Made by a program: the position numbers and the translations under genes. A stretch of DNA of 63,955 nucleotides, counting the filler, from Stramenopiles sp. TOSAG23-6 (taxonomy: Eukaryota), in NCBI GenBank assembly GCA_900128565.1. It is 7 parts of 7 records of this genome, joined end to end, with 100 filler letters (N's around TTAATTAATTAA, not from the genome) between each part and the next. Parts side by side here need not be neighbours in the genome. Positions count along the whole stretch, not along the records: positions 31,323 to 41,646 come from LT636320.1; positions 41,747 to 52,065 come from LT636321.1; 5 more parts are not named here. One strand, 5' to 3'. This document shows, piece after piece, positions 38,145 to 51,770 of this stretch. The notes beneath the pieces were generated by a model, which saw nothing but the letters and a program-made list of their open reading frames with translations, had not been told where the DNA came from and searched no databases. Position 1 is the first letter of the stretch, and the number at the start of each line of letters is the position of its first letter.

Positions 38145-40273
38145 ATGACTTTTGCACATTATAAGATTATTTTATTGATACTATTTATTTTGTACCCGGT
38201 TGTATCGCAACAGCGTAATCGTTCAAAAATAAATCAAATAAATCTTGCAAAGTCTTCGCTTCAAATACAACAAGTTGAGTTTATACATTGGAACAACATC
38301 AAAGCTTTGCAAAATAACACAAATCATTCAAACGTACACAATTCTTCAACTAAAACCACTTACACCGCAGCACGATTTTGTGTATCCTTTACAAAAGATT
38401 TGTATGTGCGATATGGTGATCAATACACTCAAACAACAAAACAAAATATGAAAAATAATACTTTTAGAAAAAAGCATTTTCAAAGACCTATACCTTTTTC
38501 TACAGTTTTGCAAGCAAATGCAGATTTCTTTAATGACACAAAGCTTGCACTTGGATTAGTTTGCCCTCAATATCACGAAAAACGTCATGTACCCGAAATA
38601 TTTCAATTTCAAACAGATATCCAAACGTTTGGTACAAAAATACTAACAAAAACAAAACCTAATACGGAAAATATTCCATATCACTTGGTACTTGAGGATA
38701 ATTTTTCAAATAATCCAACAACATCTCTATTTAACTCTTTACCTAGTTGTACATTCTCAAATAATCGACGAAGATTCTCTCTTTTACTCATTTTATCTTG
38801 GGAATATGAAAAAATATTTTTGAGTAATCAAAATGTCAAATCAAAACAACAGAAGAAACAAAAGAAAATGAATCTCAGACAAAGTCTATTACACAATTGT
38901 GTAATGAAATTCAATTCAAATATCTCAGGAGAAAATCAAAATCCAACAAATAGAAATGTTTTATTTGTTGATAAATTTGGAAAACTTTTACCTAAAAGTG
39001 AAATTGTTTTTGATAACAAAATGTTTCATGATTTAGTTTTGCGAAATACTACCACAATAACAACATTGCAATCAATACCATCAATAAATATGCATTTAAA
39101 TCGCACTAGAATTAGCTCAAGTAATTATACTACTGTTAATGAAAATAATGAAAATAATAGTACAATAACAAAATAAACAATAAATAATACAACTNNNNNN
39201 CAAAAACAACAACTAATAATACAACAAAATATTTACTAAGTGAAATATTTCCACATACCTCAACAATTATTTATCAGGATCCATTATTAATTGATAGATA
39301 TATGCCTACAGTATCACAATGTAATGAATTTGGTATTTCATTAAAACACCAAACAGATATAAAGAATAATAAAAATAAAATTGGAAAACTTGAAAAAGAT
39401 GATTTAAATATGATTGAGCTAAATAACTTTGCAACAGAATATGGTTTTATGCAGGTTTCAAATCTTGTCAGTACTGGAAATGTACTTTTTTTTTCAAAAA
39501 TTAATTTTTCTACCTACATTTTTTGTTTTTTTTTGTAGTATATTTTATACCTAACAAATTCCAAATGATTGAAATATTACACAAAAATACATGTCATATT
39601 TAATCTTTTATTTGGTCCAGTGGTCGGTGACGTCATGGAAGCAGTAATCAATACACTTGTTGATCAATTAAGTGGTGCTGTTATGCCCGATGCAGAAATT
39701 ACTGGTGTAAAAGGAGAAATTATGTCTGTTTCATTATCAACAATTCTAGCGGATCGACTCACTGCAAATCTAACATCAATACTTCCTGATGCAATAGCCT
39801 ATCGAGTGAGTCATACTCTAACAAAAAGTCTTGCAAATGATGTTGGATCACATTTAGAACAAACAATACCTAGACATTTGTTACCTAAACTTCAGAATAT
39901 ATTTACTGATTTATTAAGTGAAACTATACCAAACAAACTAAATAAAGTTTTGCCTGATTTGCTAAGTCGTTCTTTGATGTTATCATTGACACGTGGATTG
40001 ACAAATACATTAACACATTTCCTTGTACCCACATTAACATTTGGGCTTTCGAATGATTCTAAAAAACAAAAATATTTCTGTGATTTATGTCAAAATAATC
40101 AAAAATATTGTCGTTTTTGTCATTCGTCATCGACTAGTATATATTATAATAATTATTACTCCACGTATTACGCTGATTATTACTCAAATTATTATGGTGA
40201 ATATTACTCTGATGCAATTAAAAATGTAGATTATATTCAACATCCTAATGGTAATGTGTATGAAAAAAAATAG
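38145..40273 (+). CDS. Secreted protein of unknown function; model uncertain around an N gap
   Basis: Signal peptide; Leu-rich helical region, CxxC...CxxC and Tyr-rich tail. Family intron ~39482-39592. Confidence 0.45.
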
Positions 40274-40353
40274 AAAAATAAATGTAGAAAAGTTTGATTT
40301 CAAAACAAATTTCAATTTTATTTTTTTATCAAAAGTAGGCTGGTGTAGTAGAG

Positions 40354-41435
40354 CTAAGGTTCTGGATATTTCTGAGAATACACTTTGACTGGATTCCATC
40401 TATACCAAGGTGGAATAAAACAAAATTCAACAAAACCATCATGTATTGTTAATTTTTTTTTTACCAAAAGAAAAAAACGTTAGGTACAAAATTTCGTATG
40501 AAAAAAAATTATATATTCGAAATTCAATTTTGAAAATGTACATCTCCAAGAATATTCCAACAAGATAGTGACTTTTTCAAATTATATGTTGAGGAAAATA
40601 AATTATTACTAGAAATAAAACACGTAAAATAGCTTTGTAAACCAATTCGTGTAGTTGGGTTCATTTGTGAAACATCAAATTTTACAGATATTTCGTGTAC
40701 AGCGACTATATTTTTTTTTGTATTTTTTTTTGTATTTTTTTTTGGTACTTTTTCTGAAACAACAAAATTATACCCCTCCCAATCTTCTCCAATAATCTTT
40801 TTCATTTTCTGCAAAATAACATAAAGCTGTTGTTTTGTAGACTTGTCGTCACCTAATTGTGTTTGCCCATTTGGCTGAAATGGACCAAAAAGTTCTTTTT
40901 TTTTCTCATTTTTACGTTCTTGCTTAATTTTATCCAACTGAGCAGAGTAAGGACTTTCCATATATTGTATTGTTTTATTATTTAAATGTTCATGTTTTAA
41001 TTTCCTAACATCACCCGAAGGAAGGAAAGGCTTATATGTACCATTATTGATAGCTACTATTTTACTATGAGAATCTAATCTATCCTTAATAAGAGAGTCT
41101 CGTTCAGCACTATATTTCGTCGGAATGTATTCAAACTGTGTGAATAAATGGTTTTGTGTCATTCGTTTTGGTTGTGGAGCAAAATTTCTATTTTCCTGTA
41201 TTTTTTTTCTACGAGCAGCCAACACATTATGTGTATCCATTTGATTTGGAAGTGTTCGTAAACTTTGACTATTATTCGGATGAAAAGCATGATGGATTGT
41301 ATCTTGTTCTTCATTTACATAATAAGGTAATATTGACGTCGTATTTGGTAGTTGAAACCTAGAAATTGTTTTGGACTTATTTGAACTTTGTTTTTTAAAA
41401 TCAAACTCAGAGGCAGGACGAAAATGTTGACTCAT
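40354..41435 (-). CDS. Unknown protein, 2 exons
   Basis: 303-aa ORF continues across a GT..AT family intron into DGFVEFCFIPPW...*. Confidence 0.5.
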
Positions 41436-41746
41436 CTTCTATTGTATTTGTGATCATGCGATGATTGAATAGACAGTTTTTGAACAAGGATATTTCCTTA
41501 GTGTAAAGCGTTTTTTGACATTTATGTGAAACGGTCAATTTTGTTCTCAGCTGCGCGCGCCGGATTTCGTGCGATCGAGCAGCTCAAAATGTTCTTCTCT
41601 TTTCTTTTAGAACTCTCTTCGTTCTTTTAAAAAAATTTAAAAAAATNNNNNNNNNNNNNNNNNNNNNNNNNNNNNNNNNNNNNNNNNNNNTTAATTAATT
41701 AANNNNNNNNNNNNNNNNNNNNNNNNNNNNNNNNNNNNNNNNNNNN

Positions 41747-41777
<31 letters not shown>

Positions 41778-41844
41778 TTAGGTACAAAATTTACTATGAA
41801 ATTTTTTTTTTTTTTAAATTAAAAAAAGAAAAAAGTTAAATAGA

Positions 41845-43955
41845 TCAAAATACAATCAGTCTCTCCATAAAATCTTTTTGTTGTATTGTAAGATTGACTT
41901 GATTTCTATTTGCAAACTGCTGAATATGTTTGCTTGGTTGTAACACAGTTGTATAATTTTTATATATGGGAATTCGTAAACAAACTTCGCGACTTTCGGA
42001 GATTTTTTTTTTTTTGGTTTGACTTTCGGAGATATTTTTGTTTTTTTGGTTTTTGGTTTGATTTGAATTTGGGTTACTTATCTCAATACTCACTAGTATA
42101 CTACGTATTGACTCACTAGGGGTATTTTCCTTTGCTAATGCATTTTGTTCATTTTGTTCATTTTGTACATTTCGTGTTTTTTGTGTCTTTTGTGTTTTTT
42201 GTGTTTTTTGTGTAAAAATATTTTCATTTTCTATGTATTCAAATGTGGAATCTATAAAATTTGTAGCAAATTCTAAATTCGGGGAAACTAATCGACCATT
42301 TTTTGAGATGAATAATTGAGCTAAAACTAACAAAGTTTTTTCTTTACCATTTTGAAACGTGTCAATATCATCACTAGGGTTAGGGTTCACAAGAAATTGC
42401 ATGGGAATTGTAACTGTCGCAAGGGTGGTTACTGTACTAAAAATATATATATAAAATATGATTATTTTGTGAGCTACGAAATTGTACATTTTTTTGTATA
42501 TCAAAAAAAAAAAAAAAAAAAAAAAAAGTTGTTTAGGTACAAAATTTCGTATAAAAAAAAAATTGACACTGAAATGAATAATGAAAATCTACAAGAAGTG
42601 GATGAAGAAGAAGACACAGAATTCTTTTTGTTTCCATCATTATTTTCATCATTTTCATCATTTTCATCATTTTTTTCATTTTCATCATTATTTCCATCAT
42701 TTTCATCATTTTCATCATTTTTTTCATTTTCATCATTTTCATCATTTTTTTCATTTTCATCAATTTGAGCCCAAAACGAAACAGTTCCATCAATTGTTAC
42801 TAAAACACTACATTCCTTCCCACATCTTCTTTCTTTACCTGGTGAATGATTTATTACTTGGGGCCGATCACGAACGGATGGTACAATAAATTGTATGAAA
42901 TTTTTTCAAAAACAAAATTAATTTGTTAGGTACAAAATTTTGTATGAAAAAAAAANTNGAANTTNAAAAAAAAANTNATATTTGTTAGGTACAAAATTTC
43001 GTATGAAATATTTGTTTTTGATCTTTGATAAAAACATACATGACATTAATTTGAAGAAATTTTGTATAGTGTGTATCACTAGTGTAAACAACTTTCTTTG
43101 CAAATGTAGGAAAACCAAAGGGGAGCACATGTGTTGTGAAAAAATATTTCAAAAAAAAAATCGTTAGGTACAAAATTTCGTACGAAAAAAAAAACTCGAT
43201 TTTTTTGTAAAAAATAAAATAAAACATACACCATTTGTTATATCTGTTGTATGGATTGGGTGATGGCCGTATGGTGAATCATCTCTATCAGGTAATAAAA
43301 AATACACTGCAAAACCGTCAATAACCTTTTTTTGTTTTGTTTTTTTTTTGGTTTTCAATTCTTTATTTTTCGTATTGTCGTGAACCATCGGAAGATTAGG
43401 AAGTGTAATCATTTGTGCCATTGATGGACGTAATATACATTCATCTTTACTTAACTCGCCAGTATGTACGACTTCTCGCCCGAAACCACATTTGAACTTT
43501 GGGTGGAAAAATGTTCCAGGAAATCGTGCAGCAGAAATTGTTTCATTGATATTGCTTCGGTTGTCATCTACTGCAGTCAACACAAAAAATTGAGGTTGTT
43601 GATAAAAGTGTTCTTCATCAAACGTGGGAACCAATGACAATGCATGTTGTCTACATTCGAGCCAGTCAGATACAATAGTCCATGAAGTTATATATGCTTG
43701 ACTATCACGACGAAAGCAACCAACATAGGAGTCATTGAAGATTGATGCATCAATATTTCTTGTTCCACTCACTAAAGGCATAAATGATATCAATATTCCC
43801 ATTAATATTGAGGTGCACAGTCTGAGACGACGCAAATCATTTTTAATTTTGTAGTAGATGCATCTCATATTCAAAAAAAAATGCCTTTGATTGAATAAAG
43901 TTTTAAAGTTTGATCTTGATTCTTGATTCTTGAGATCAAGTTTTTTTTTTGACAC
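41845..43955 (-). CDS. Multi-exon protein with hydrophobic leader and an acidic E/N/D tandem tract; truncated, model uncertain
   Basis: Exons separated by family introns (~43129-43229, ~42890-43039, ~42440-42560). 9-nt repeats at 42630-42760. Confidence 0.4.
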
Positions 43956-44127
43956 GATTTATTCGCATTCAAAAATTGAAAAAGAAGAAAGCCCTAACCC
44001 TAGCTATAATACTACCCTTCTCCAGCAGCGCATGTCAATTGATGCATGATGGTATAATAATGCACAGCTAGTTGGCCTGAACCTACCTTACTACGGTTTT
44101 CATTCACACTATCATTATTATACTAGG

Positions 44128-46032
44128 ATGCAATCTACAAAACATCACATCATAGGTGTTGAACCCATGGATGAGAGTTTGCGTCATGATATGTATTCGA
44201 AAGTTGAAGAGAATAAATTACGAGAATCTCTTCTTGAACCTGTTTGCCTCGGATCTGGTCCTTTCTTATGTCGATGTAGTTCATGTTTTATTTTTGGCTT
44301 AGTAGTACCTATTTTAGTTTTTGTCTTCCTTTACTCCCGCCCAGATGAAGATTCTGAGACGGTACATGCCATTTCGCTATCCATTGTAATAGTTGGTTTA
44401 ATATTTGGTTTTGTTTTATTGTGTTCTGGAATTTTTCCAATTTTACTTAACTCTACACCTCCAAAACCTCCCCCACTTTATCCCTTATTGAGTCAACATC
44501 ATATTAGAAAACCTAAAAAGGTCTATGTTATAGTAAATCCAGCGGGTGGCAAGAAACAATCTCGAAAAATTTACAAAAGAAGTGTTGTACCAAAATTCTC
44601 TGAAGCAGGAATTGAACACAGCTTATTTGAAACTAAATATCCTGGCCATGCGAAGCAGTTATGTGCTACTTTACCTCTTTCTGGTTTTGATGCTATCATA
44701 ATCATTGGTGGTGATGGAACATTTCATGAATGTGTCAATGGCTTATTTTCGCGTAACGACGAAGAAACCCGGCCTGTCGGTTTGTTACCGGGAGGCTCTG
44801 GTAATTCCGTACTTACGGATTTTCATATACAAAATGATGTTAATGGAATTTTGGACAACATTATTTCCGGTCGCTTAGCAAATATTGATGCGATTAAAGT
44901 AACACATGGTACTTTACCACATCATACTAGATGGAGTATCAATGTTGTTGGTTATACTGCAGATCAGTGTATGTATGTTTTATTTTTTTTCAATTTTTTT
45001 GTCTAAAATTTTTTTTTTTGGTTTTCGTACGAAATTTTGTACCTAACAATTTTTTTTTTTTTTTTTTTGAAATATTTTTCCAAAATACATGTCTGGCGTA
45101 AATATTGATGTATGTTTTCACTTCACACAATCCATTGTTACCCCCTAACCCTAATAACCTTAATAACCTTAATAACCCTAATAACCCAAATAGTCTAGAT
45201 TGTACCATTTATTTTTTCCTACTAAATTTCATAAATAATATTTTTTTGACTAATTTTTTTTTCAAACCCTAACCCTAATCTTATTTTTTTACAATCTATG
45301 GATGGCGTTCACTACTTGGTACAGCTCGTTATGACGTTTGTGGTCTCTGGGGTTTACTTAAAGGACGTTCATCTGATGTTCAAGTTTGTTTTCATGATGA
45401 ATTTCATTTTTTTTTTTTTTTCATAGAATTTTTTTTTCATAGAAATTTTTTTTTTCATAGAAATTTTTTTTTTTCATAGAAATTTTTTTTTTCATAGAAA
45501 TTTTAATTTTTTTTTTTTTTTTCCACAGGTAGAAGTTGATGGTAAATTATATAAAAGAGGTGTTGGGGCAATTTTTATCAATGCAACTCAGCATTTTGGT
45601 AAAGAAATGTGGGCGTGTCCGAAAGCCTTGCTAGATGATGGAAAGATGAATATCGCTTGTATGTTGAAAAAAAAAAATTTTTTTTTCGATTTTTTTTTTT
45701 TTCGATTTTTTTTTTTTCGATTTTTTTTTTCCGAGATAATTTCATACCTAACCTAAAGAGTCAAATATTTTTGAAATATTTTTTATACTATATGTGTCAA
45801 TGGATCTCGTGCTGAAATTTTACGGATTTTTAATTTACTAAAATCTGGACGACATACCACATTAGTATCAAATGCTACAGCGTCTCATATTTTGTTGAAA
45901 CTTCCTGTTGAGACAGGTTTGTTCAATATAGATGGTGAGGTTGTCGTGTTCCACCAACACGAAATCTCACTAGAAATACATCCTGGTAAAATCGAGTTCT
46001 ATGTTCCTGATCGTAATCCTACAGCTTATTAG
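44128..46032 (+). CDS. Sphingosine-kinase / DAGK-catalytic-domain lipid kinase with two N-terminal TMs, 5 exons
   Basis: IVNPAGG, ETKYPGHA, IGGDGTFHECVNG, LPGGSGN, LGTARY, LDDGKM, FNIDGE. Includes a 19-nt exon at 45091-45109. Confidence 0.88.
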
Positions 46033-46673
46033 AAGTACACCATGAATGCTACAGCTTATTAGAAGTACACCATGAATGCTACTGTTGAGTTCCATGCTTC
46101 TGATTGGTATGTAAATCAAGTATAACTTATCAAGTCAATTGGCAGTCTAAATAACTAAATAAAAATAAATTACAAAATGAAACTTCGATTTTTGTATAAA
46201 AAAAAATGTACCGACCAACGATTTTTTTGAAGTAAAGATAATCCGAAAAATTACGAGCTACTAACAAACTAATATACTCAAAATTGTAAACCAACAACCC
46301 TAACAATTTATTAAAATTGTTTCAAATTTGTAGATACCCGGTAATCCTTTAAATTCCGCGTATCTTTTGCGGACTTTTCCCCGATCTTTGGCCACCACCA
46401 CGTAGGACTGAATACCTTCAACCAAGTCCAAAGAACGCGACTAGTCGATAAATATGTCACTATTGATCTGATAAATGAGGAGAAATATATCTTGACATAC
46501 GTCCGTGGGAGACATTGACAATAGAAAGGATTTTTTTAAGAGTTGTAGAGATACTGTTAGACAGAAAGGACAATAAGAGATTGAAAAAAAAATCATACAA
46601 AAGTTTTTTTAAAAATCTTCCATGAAAATGATTCTCTTACAAAGACTATTATAGCTCAACCACAGGTTAAATC

Positions 46674-47570
46674 ATGCATACAAGATTAACTTCACCCAAA
46701 TGGCATATAGAAAATATATTTCGTAGCACACATAGCGTAGGCGAAGAAGGTAGAGGGAAAGAAAAACCCACAGATAAAACCTTCCGTGATAAAATCTTTC
46801 ATGATAAAATCTTTCATGATAAAATCTTTCATGATAAAATCTTTCATGAAAAAGATTCTCTTCGAAACCCTTTGAAATCAATTGGCGTAGGAAATCAACA
46901 CACAGAAGTAATATATATACCCAATTCGTTACCAATCTGTGTAGACACTCCACATAATAGCTTTGACGAAGGAGCTAGGGTGAAAGAAAACAACACAGAT
47001 AAAATCTTTCATGATAAAATCTTTCATGAAAAAGTTTCTATTGTTGGAGATATAGTTAAGAATAACATTTATGAAAAGGAAATCGCGAGGTGGGATTGTT
47101 CTTCAGATAATTTTTCAAATAATTTATCAATTTTAAAGCTCACTAAAGAAGAGTTGGCAGATCTGAGCCGCACTGCCGGCGTAGATGCAAAACCGATGAC
47201 TGATGAGAATCTTACTCCTTGTACTCCTAGTGTTCCAAAAAATAATTTTGACACCCCAAAGAAATTAGCAATCGAGTATAATTGCATAATGACCACGGTA
47301 AAAGAAAACTGCCCAAGTGCTTTAAATAAAAAACGAAAATATAGAGGTAGATCGAAATGCCTTTGGTGTAAAAAAAAAGATTGCAACTGCTGCCAATGTG
47401 TCAACTGTAAATCGTGTGATCATTATCCTGAACCTTGTAAAAATTTAAGATATGGAAAGCGAAGGTTGTGTAATAAATGTAATCGGATTAAGTTTCATTC
47501 TGGGATGTGTAGAGCAAATATTCATACCCGACAAAAGAGTAGCATTGCAAAAAAAAAGAAGATACTTTGA
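46674..47570 (+). CDS. Hypothetical protein with DKIFH 15-nt repeats and a Cys-rich C-terminal putative Zn-binding region
   Basis: 298-aa ORF; CLWCKKKDCNCCQCVNCKSC...C...CNKC. Confidence 0.45.
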   Translation: MHTRLTSPKWHIENIFRSTHSVGEEGRGKEKPTDKTFRDKIFHDKIFHDKIFHDKIFHEKDSLRNPLKSIGVGNQHTEVIYIPNSLPICVDTPHNSFDEGARVKENNTDKIFHDKIFHEKVSIVGDIVKNNIYEKEIARWDCSSDNFSNNLSILKLTKEELADLSRTAGVDAKPMTDENLTPCTPSVPKNNFDTPKKLAIEYNCIMTTVKENCPSALNKKRKYRGRSKCLWCKKKDCNCCQCVNCKSCDHYPEPCKNLRYGKRRLCNKCNRIKFHSGMCRANIHTRQKSSIAKKKKIL

Positions 47571-48014
47571 AGACGTTTTGAAAATAAAGAATAAAAAATA
47601 AAGAATATTTGCTTTTTTTTTTGTACCAAGTTTTGTTTGTATATAAGCTGAATTGTGGAATTTTAAATATGGATATAGTCCTAGTATAGATACACTTTAA
47701 ATTAGTGTATATCAGCACATTTTCAAAAGTCATTTCTACTTTTTCAAATAAATGGCAAAATAAATGGATCATTTCGCATATACTTTTACTGTTCAATTTC
47801 TCTATATCAGGTTTTTAATTGTTGATTTTTATTTATGGCATGTCCTTCGGCGAATTTAGTGATACCCGGTAACAACAACAAGTGATTGAATGAGACATCA
47901 TCCGTCCCAAAAGAGACACTATTCACATCTTCAAAAGGTGATCTATACTCATACAATTTTTGTACACTTTGGCGCATTTAATTTACTAGATAACTTGTGC
48001 ATTACTTTACCATC

Positions 48015-48869
48015 ATGAACAAGTTACGAAAGAAAAACATTCTACAAGTATACTTTATTTGTATCATTTTCTATACGGGTCATCTATACACAGCGACATC
48101 CTCTTCTACATCAATCACAGTAAACGTCGCGAGCATTGCAAATTGTAAAGGTTCAAGAAACTGCCGAAGACCAAAACGATTTCGCGAAAACCCATCGGAA
48201 GCGCAACGTCCAAGCCCTAAAACATCTAAAACGTCTAAAAGACGTAAACGACATCTACCAAAGTCACAAATTGAAAAGGAAATAAACGGCGTAGTATCTC
48301 CTGCGTCACGTCTTGGTGAGTCTTTGTTACACATGATTGACAAAGGAAATTTTGAAGCTGCACGTGAACTGATCGAACAGGGAGCTAACGTAAATACTCG
48401 CACGGACCCTCGGAACCCAAGCGGGGAACAAAGTCCACTATTTTTATTTCTTCTTCGTACACAAAAAAACACAGATTACACTATTTTCAATCTTTTACTT
48501 CAAAAAGGTGCTTGTGTAAATTTTCAAAATCGATTTGGATATACACCTTTATTTGTGGCACTAAAACGATACAATGAAGTACCAAATGCAAAAAAGATGA
48601 TCTTTACAATGGTTGAAAGATACAGCGCAAATTTAGACGTTACCTGGATTGATGAAAGCGATAGAGAATACACAAGAGGTGGATATATTGGGTTTATGTG
48701 GAGTCCGCTTTATTTTGCTGTACACTATAATGATATTGAATTAGTAAAATTATTCATGGAATATCAGAATGATTTAAATTTTGCAACTGACGATGGAAGC
48801 ACACGTACTTTTATTATTATTCATTATATTGTCATTGATTTCATCACTTTTAAAAATTTTAAAAATTTT

Positions 48870-48902
<33 letters not shown>

Positions 48903-49636
48903 CATAGTAAATTTTGTACCTAATGATTATTTTTACTCCAAAACAATCAAAACAATATTTTTTTACAGTATATCCTTGCATAAAGCAATTCTAGAAGGTT
49001 TTTCTACAATAATTGCAGTATTGTTATCTAATGAATATGTCAAAGTAAATGTAACAATGATGGCTCCATTGAAAATGAAGCTTAACCCTAACCCTAACCC
49101 TAACCTTGATCCATATCAGGAAAGTAAAAGAATTCGTGTTTCTCCTTTATATATCGCAACATTTAACAATGATGTAGATACGGTCCGTAGACTACTTTTC
49201 AAGAATGCGAATGAAAATCTTGCCCATGAAGTATTTTCAATTTAAATATTTTTCATACGAAATTTTGTACCTAACAAAAAACTTTTTTTTTTTCAATTTT
49301 TTTCAATTTCAATTTTTTTCAATTTTTTTTTTTGTAGTACAATTTCATACCAAAGGCAAACAAAACAAACAAAATTTGAAATATTGTCCAACAACACATG
49401 GAACGATTCATTACACGCCACCTTGTCCTTTTGAACTAGCGACTAAAAAAAAATATACTGAAATTGTAAAACTTTTGGAAACAGTACCGGGTATCCGATA
49501 TGTACAAAAAAAAAAACTTGACCACAAAAATGACAATGACAAATTTGTTCCAACGACACATCCACTTGATAGCAGTTTTTCAACTGGTACTGCTGAGGCA
49601 TTGGATAGCATTTTTTTCGATGGTATAGATTGGTGA
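48015..49636 (+). CDS. Ankyrin-repeat protein, 3 exons
   Basis: GANVN, GYTPLF, SPLYFA. TPLHKA restored across intron 48805-48973 (GT..AT). Confidence 0.8.
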
Positions 49637-49987
49637 ACTAACTAGGGTTTTTCGGGATGTTTGGATTGTAGGGTTAGGGTTGTTGTTGTAAAAATTTTTA
49701 TTTTTTTATTTTTTTATTTTTTATACAATGTTTTTTTAAAATTGTTTTTTGTAGGCAAACATTTTTGTTTCGGTGCTTGTAAGATCATTCCTATATATAA
49801 AACTAAGCGTATTATATGTATCTATATACAAAAACAATAAAAATAATAAAAACAATAAAAACAATAAAAACAATAAAACAACCTTTTTGAATATTCACAC
49901 AAATTCGAAAACATTGAATAATAAAATATATCATTATTTTTTTTATAATTTTGACAGTGAAATTTAAAAAATTAGCTATGAAATTAT

Positions 49988-50422
49988 CTATGAAATTGTA
50001 CATGGAGAACACTTCTCTTGACGTGTTTTTTGCTGCTCTTCGAAAACACTCAAGGGGAGAAAAGAAACACAGATAGGAATGGCAACAACATTCTCATTCT
50101 TCTCCCCAGCGTTGTTTATGTCACTCATATACTTTATATTTTTAATTTTGTTTACAAGAGCTTTGTTATTTAGAAGAATTTTACCCATGCAAAGTAATCG
50201 TACCTGATCAACGACAGGTGGTGTTGGCTTCTCACTCATCTTTGGGTTATCTACATCGTTGTCCCAATGAAGACAAATTCGTTCTTTTAATTGACCAACA
50301 GTACAAGAATCTTTTAACTCCATGATCTCCCTACGATCATTTTCATATATAATGTTTACACTCAAAGGATTACTTTTGGACGTTTCTTGTGTTGTGCTTA
50401 CGTTCTTTAGTGGGTTTTCCAT
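49988..50422 (-). CDS. Membrane-anchored ubiquitin-fold (MUB/UBL3-like) protein
   Basis: TVGQLKERI..W, VRLLCMGKIL and a C-terminal CAAX (CSPCTIS). Confidence 0.7.
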   Translation of the reverse strand: MENPLKNVSTTQETSKSNPLSVNIIYENDRREIMELKDSCTVGQLKERICLHWDNDVDNPKMSEKPTPPVVDQVRLLCMGKILLNNKALVNKIKNIKYMSDINNAGEKNENVVAIPICVSFLPLSVFEEQQKTRQEKCSPCTIS

Positions 50423-50913
50423 GGATTTTTTGTACTCACAATGCAATTGTGTTTAGTAATCTCAAATCTACAATGAATTTTATGAGACTCTCATTTGCTT
50501 TCAAAATTCAATGTAGCGTAGACCATAGCCCAATAATTCTGTCAAATTTCTACTATTGTAATACTATGAGGTACGTCTATATCTACGTAGAGTACAAATG
50601 TCTACGCTCCCTCCACGTACACTTTTGAAAACTTTTGACAACTTTTGTTTTGTGTACCTTTTAGGTAAGTATGAGAGAAAAAGACGACGTAACGGATTTT
50701 TTGAGAAGCAGGTTTGTTTGCTCTACGATTTTTTTTTTTTTTGACACGTGGTGTCTGGTCAAATCGGAAAAATTGAATGGATTTTTTGTATTAGTCCAGT
50801 GGCTATAAAAAAGCTAAAAAAAGTATTACTTTTTACTTTGTCTTTTATTCCATTAAAGAAATTCACAATAACTTTGTTTATCGCGCTTTTACAGTGTTGC
50901 ATTAATGTAAATT

Positions 50914-51770
50914 ATGTCAGCTACTTCAGAGATCGTTCGAGGCATTCCTGTACACTTTCCCTTTCGCCCATATACCGTACAAAAGCTATACATGGAAAAA
51001 CTAATCGAAGCTCTTCAAACTGGCAAAAATGCTCTTCTAGAAAGTCCAACAGGTACCGGAAAGACTTTATCTTTACTATGTGCCTCGTTGGCATGGCGTC
51101 GTGCATACTTATCACTACATGAAGTATGTCGGCGTGAACGTAAATATCAATATATGCCTCGTAGTACAACTCAACTAAAGCCACACGTTCTTCGACAGAT
51201 GAGAAACGAATTATTGTCTCAGGTATTTGGTACACAATGGTATGATAATCCTAAAGTAATACAGCTATTATCTGATTTATATGGTCCAGAATGGACACCA
51301 AATAGAAACAAAGGTGGATTTGATATAAAGGGTAGTCATAAATCCATAAAAGGCATTGGAGTATATAAATATCTTTCGGACGACATTGATCGATCAGTGA
51401 GGAACCCTAACCCTAACCCTAACAATAGTAAAAGTCTTGGTGCAACTGGTCCAAATCCAGATTGGTTGCGAGGTTCTACAGGTTCAAACATGCATGAACG
51501 TACACGAAATCCACCCCAAATTATTTACGCATCTCGAGTATGTCTTTCCTTTAAAAAAAGATTGATTTCAAATTCAGTTCAAAAATTTTAAAAATTTTAA
51601 AAATTTGGATTTTTTTTCATAGTAAATTTTGTATCTAACAAAAATATAAATTTTTTTTTGAAATATTTTTCATACTAAGGACTCACAGTCAATTAACACA
51701 AGTTGTAAAGGAATTAAAAAATTCAAAATATAAACCTAGAATTGCTGTACTTGGATCACGACAACAATTA
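50914..51770 (+). CDS. XPD-family Fe-S DNA helicase (RTEL1/FANCJ-like), N-terminal part only
   Basis: [52 protein letters not shown]. Intron 51538-51680. Confidence 0.9.
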
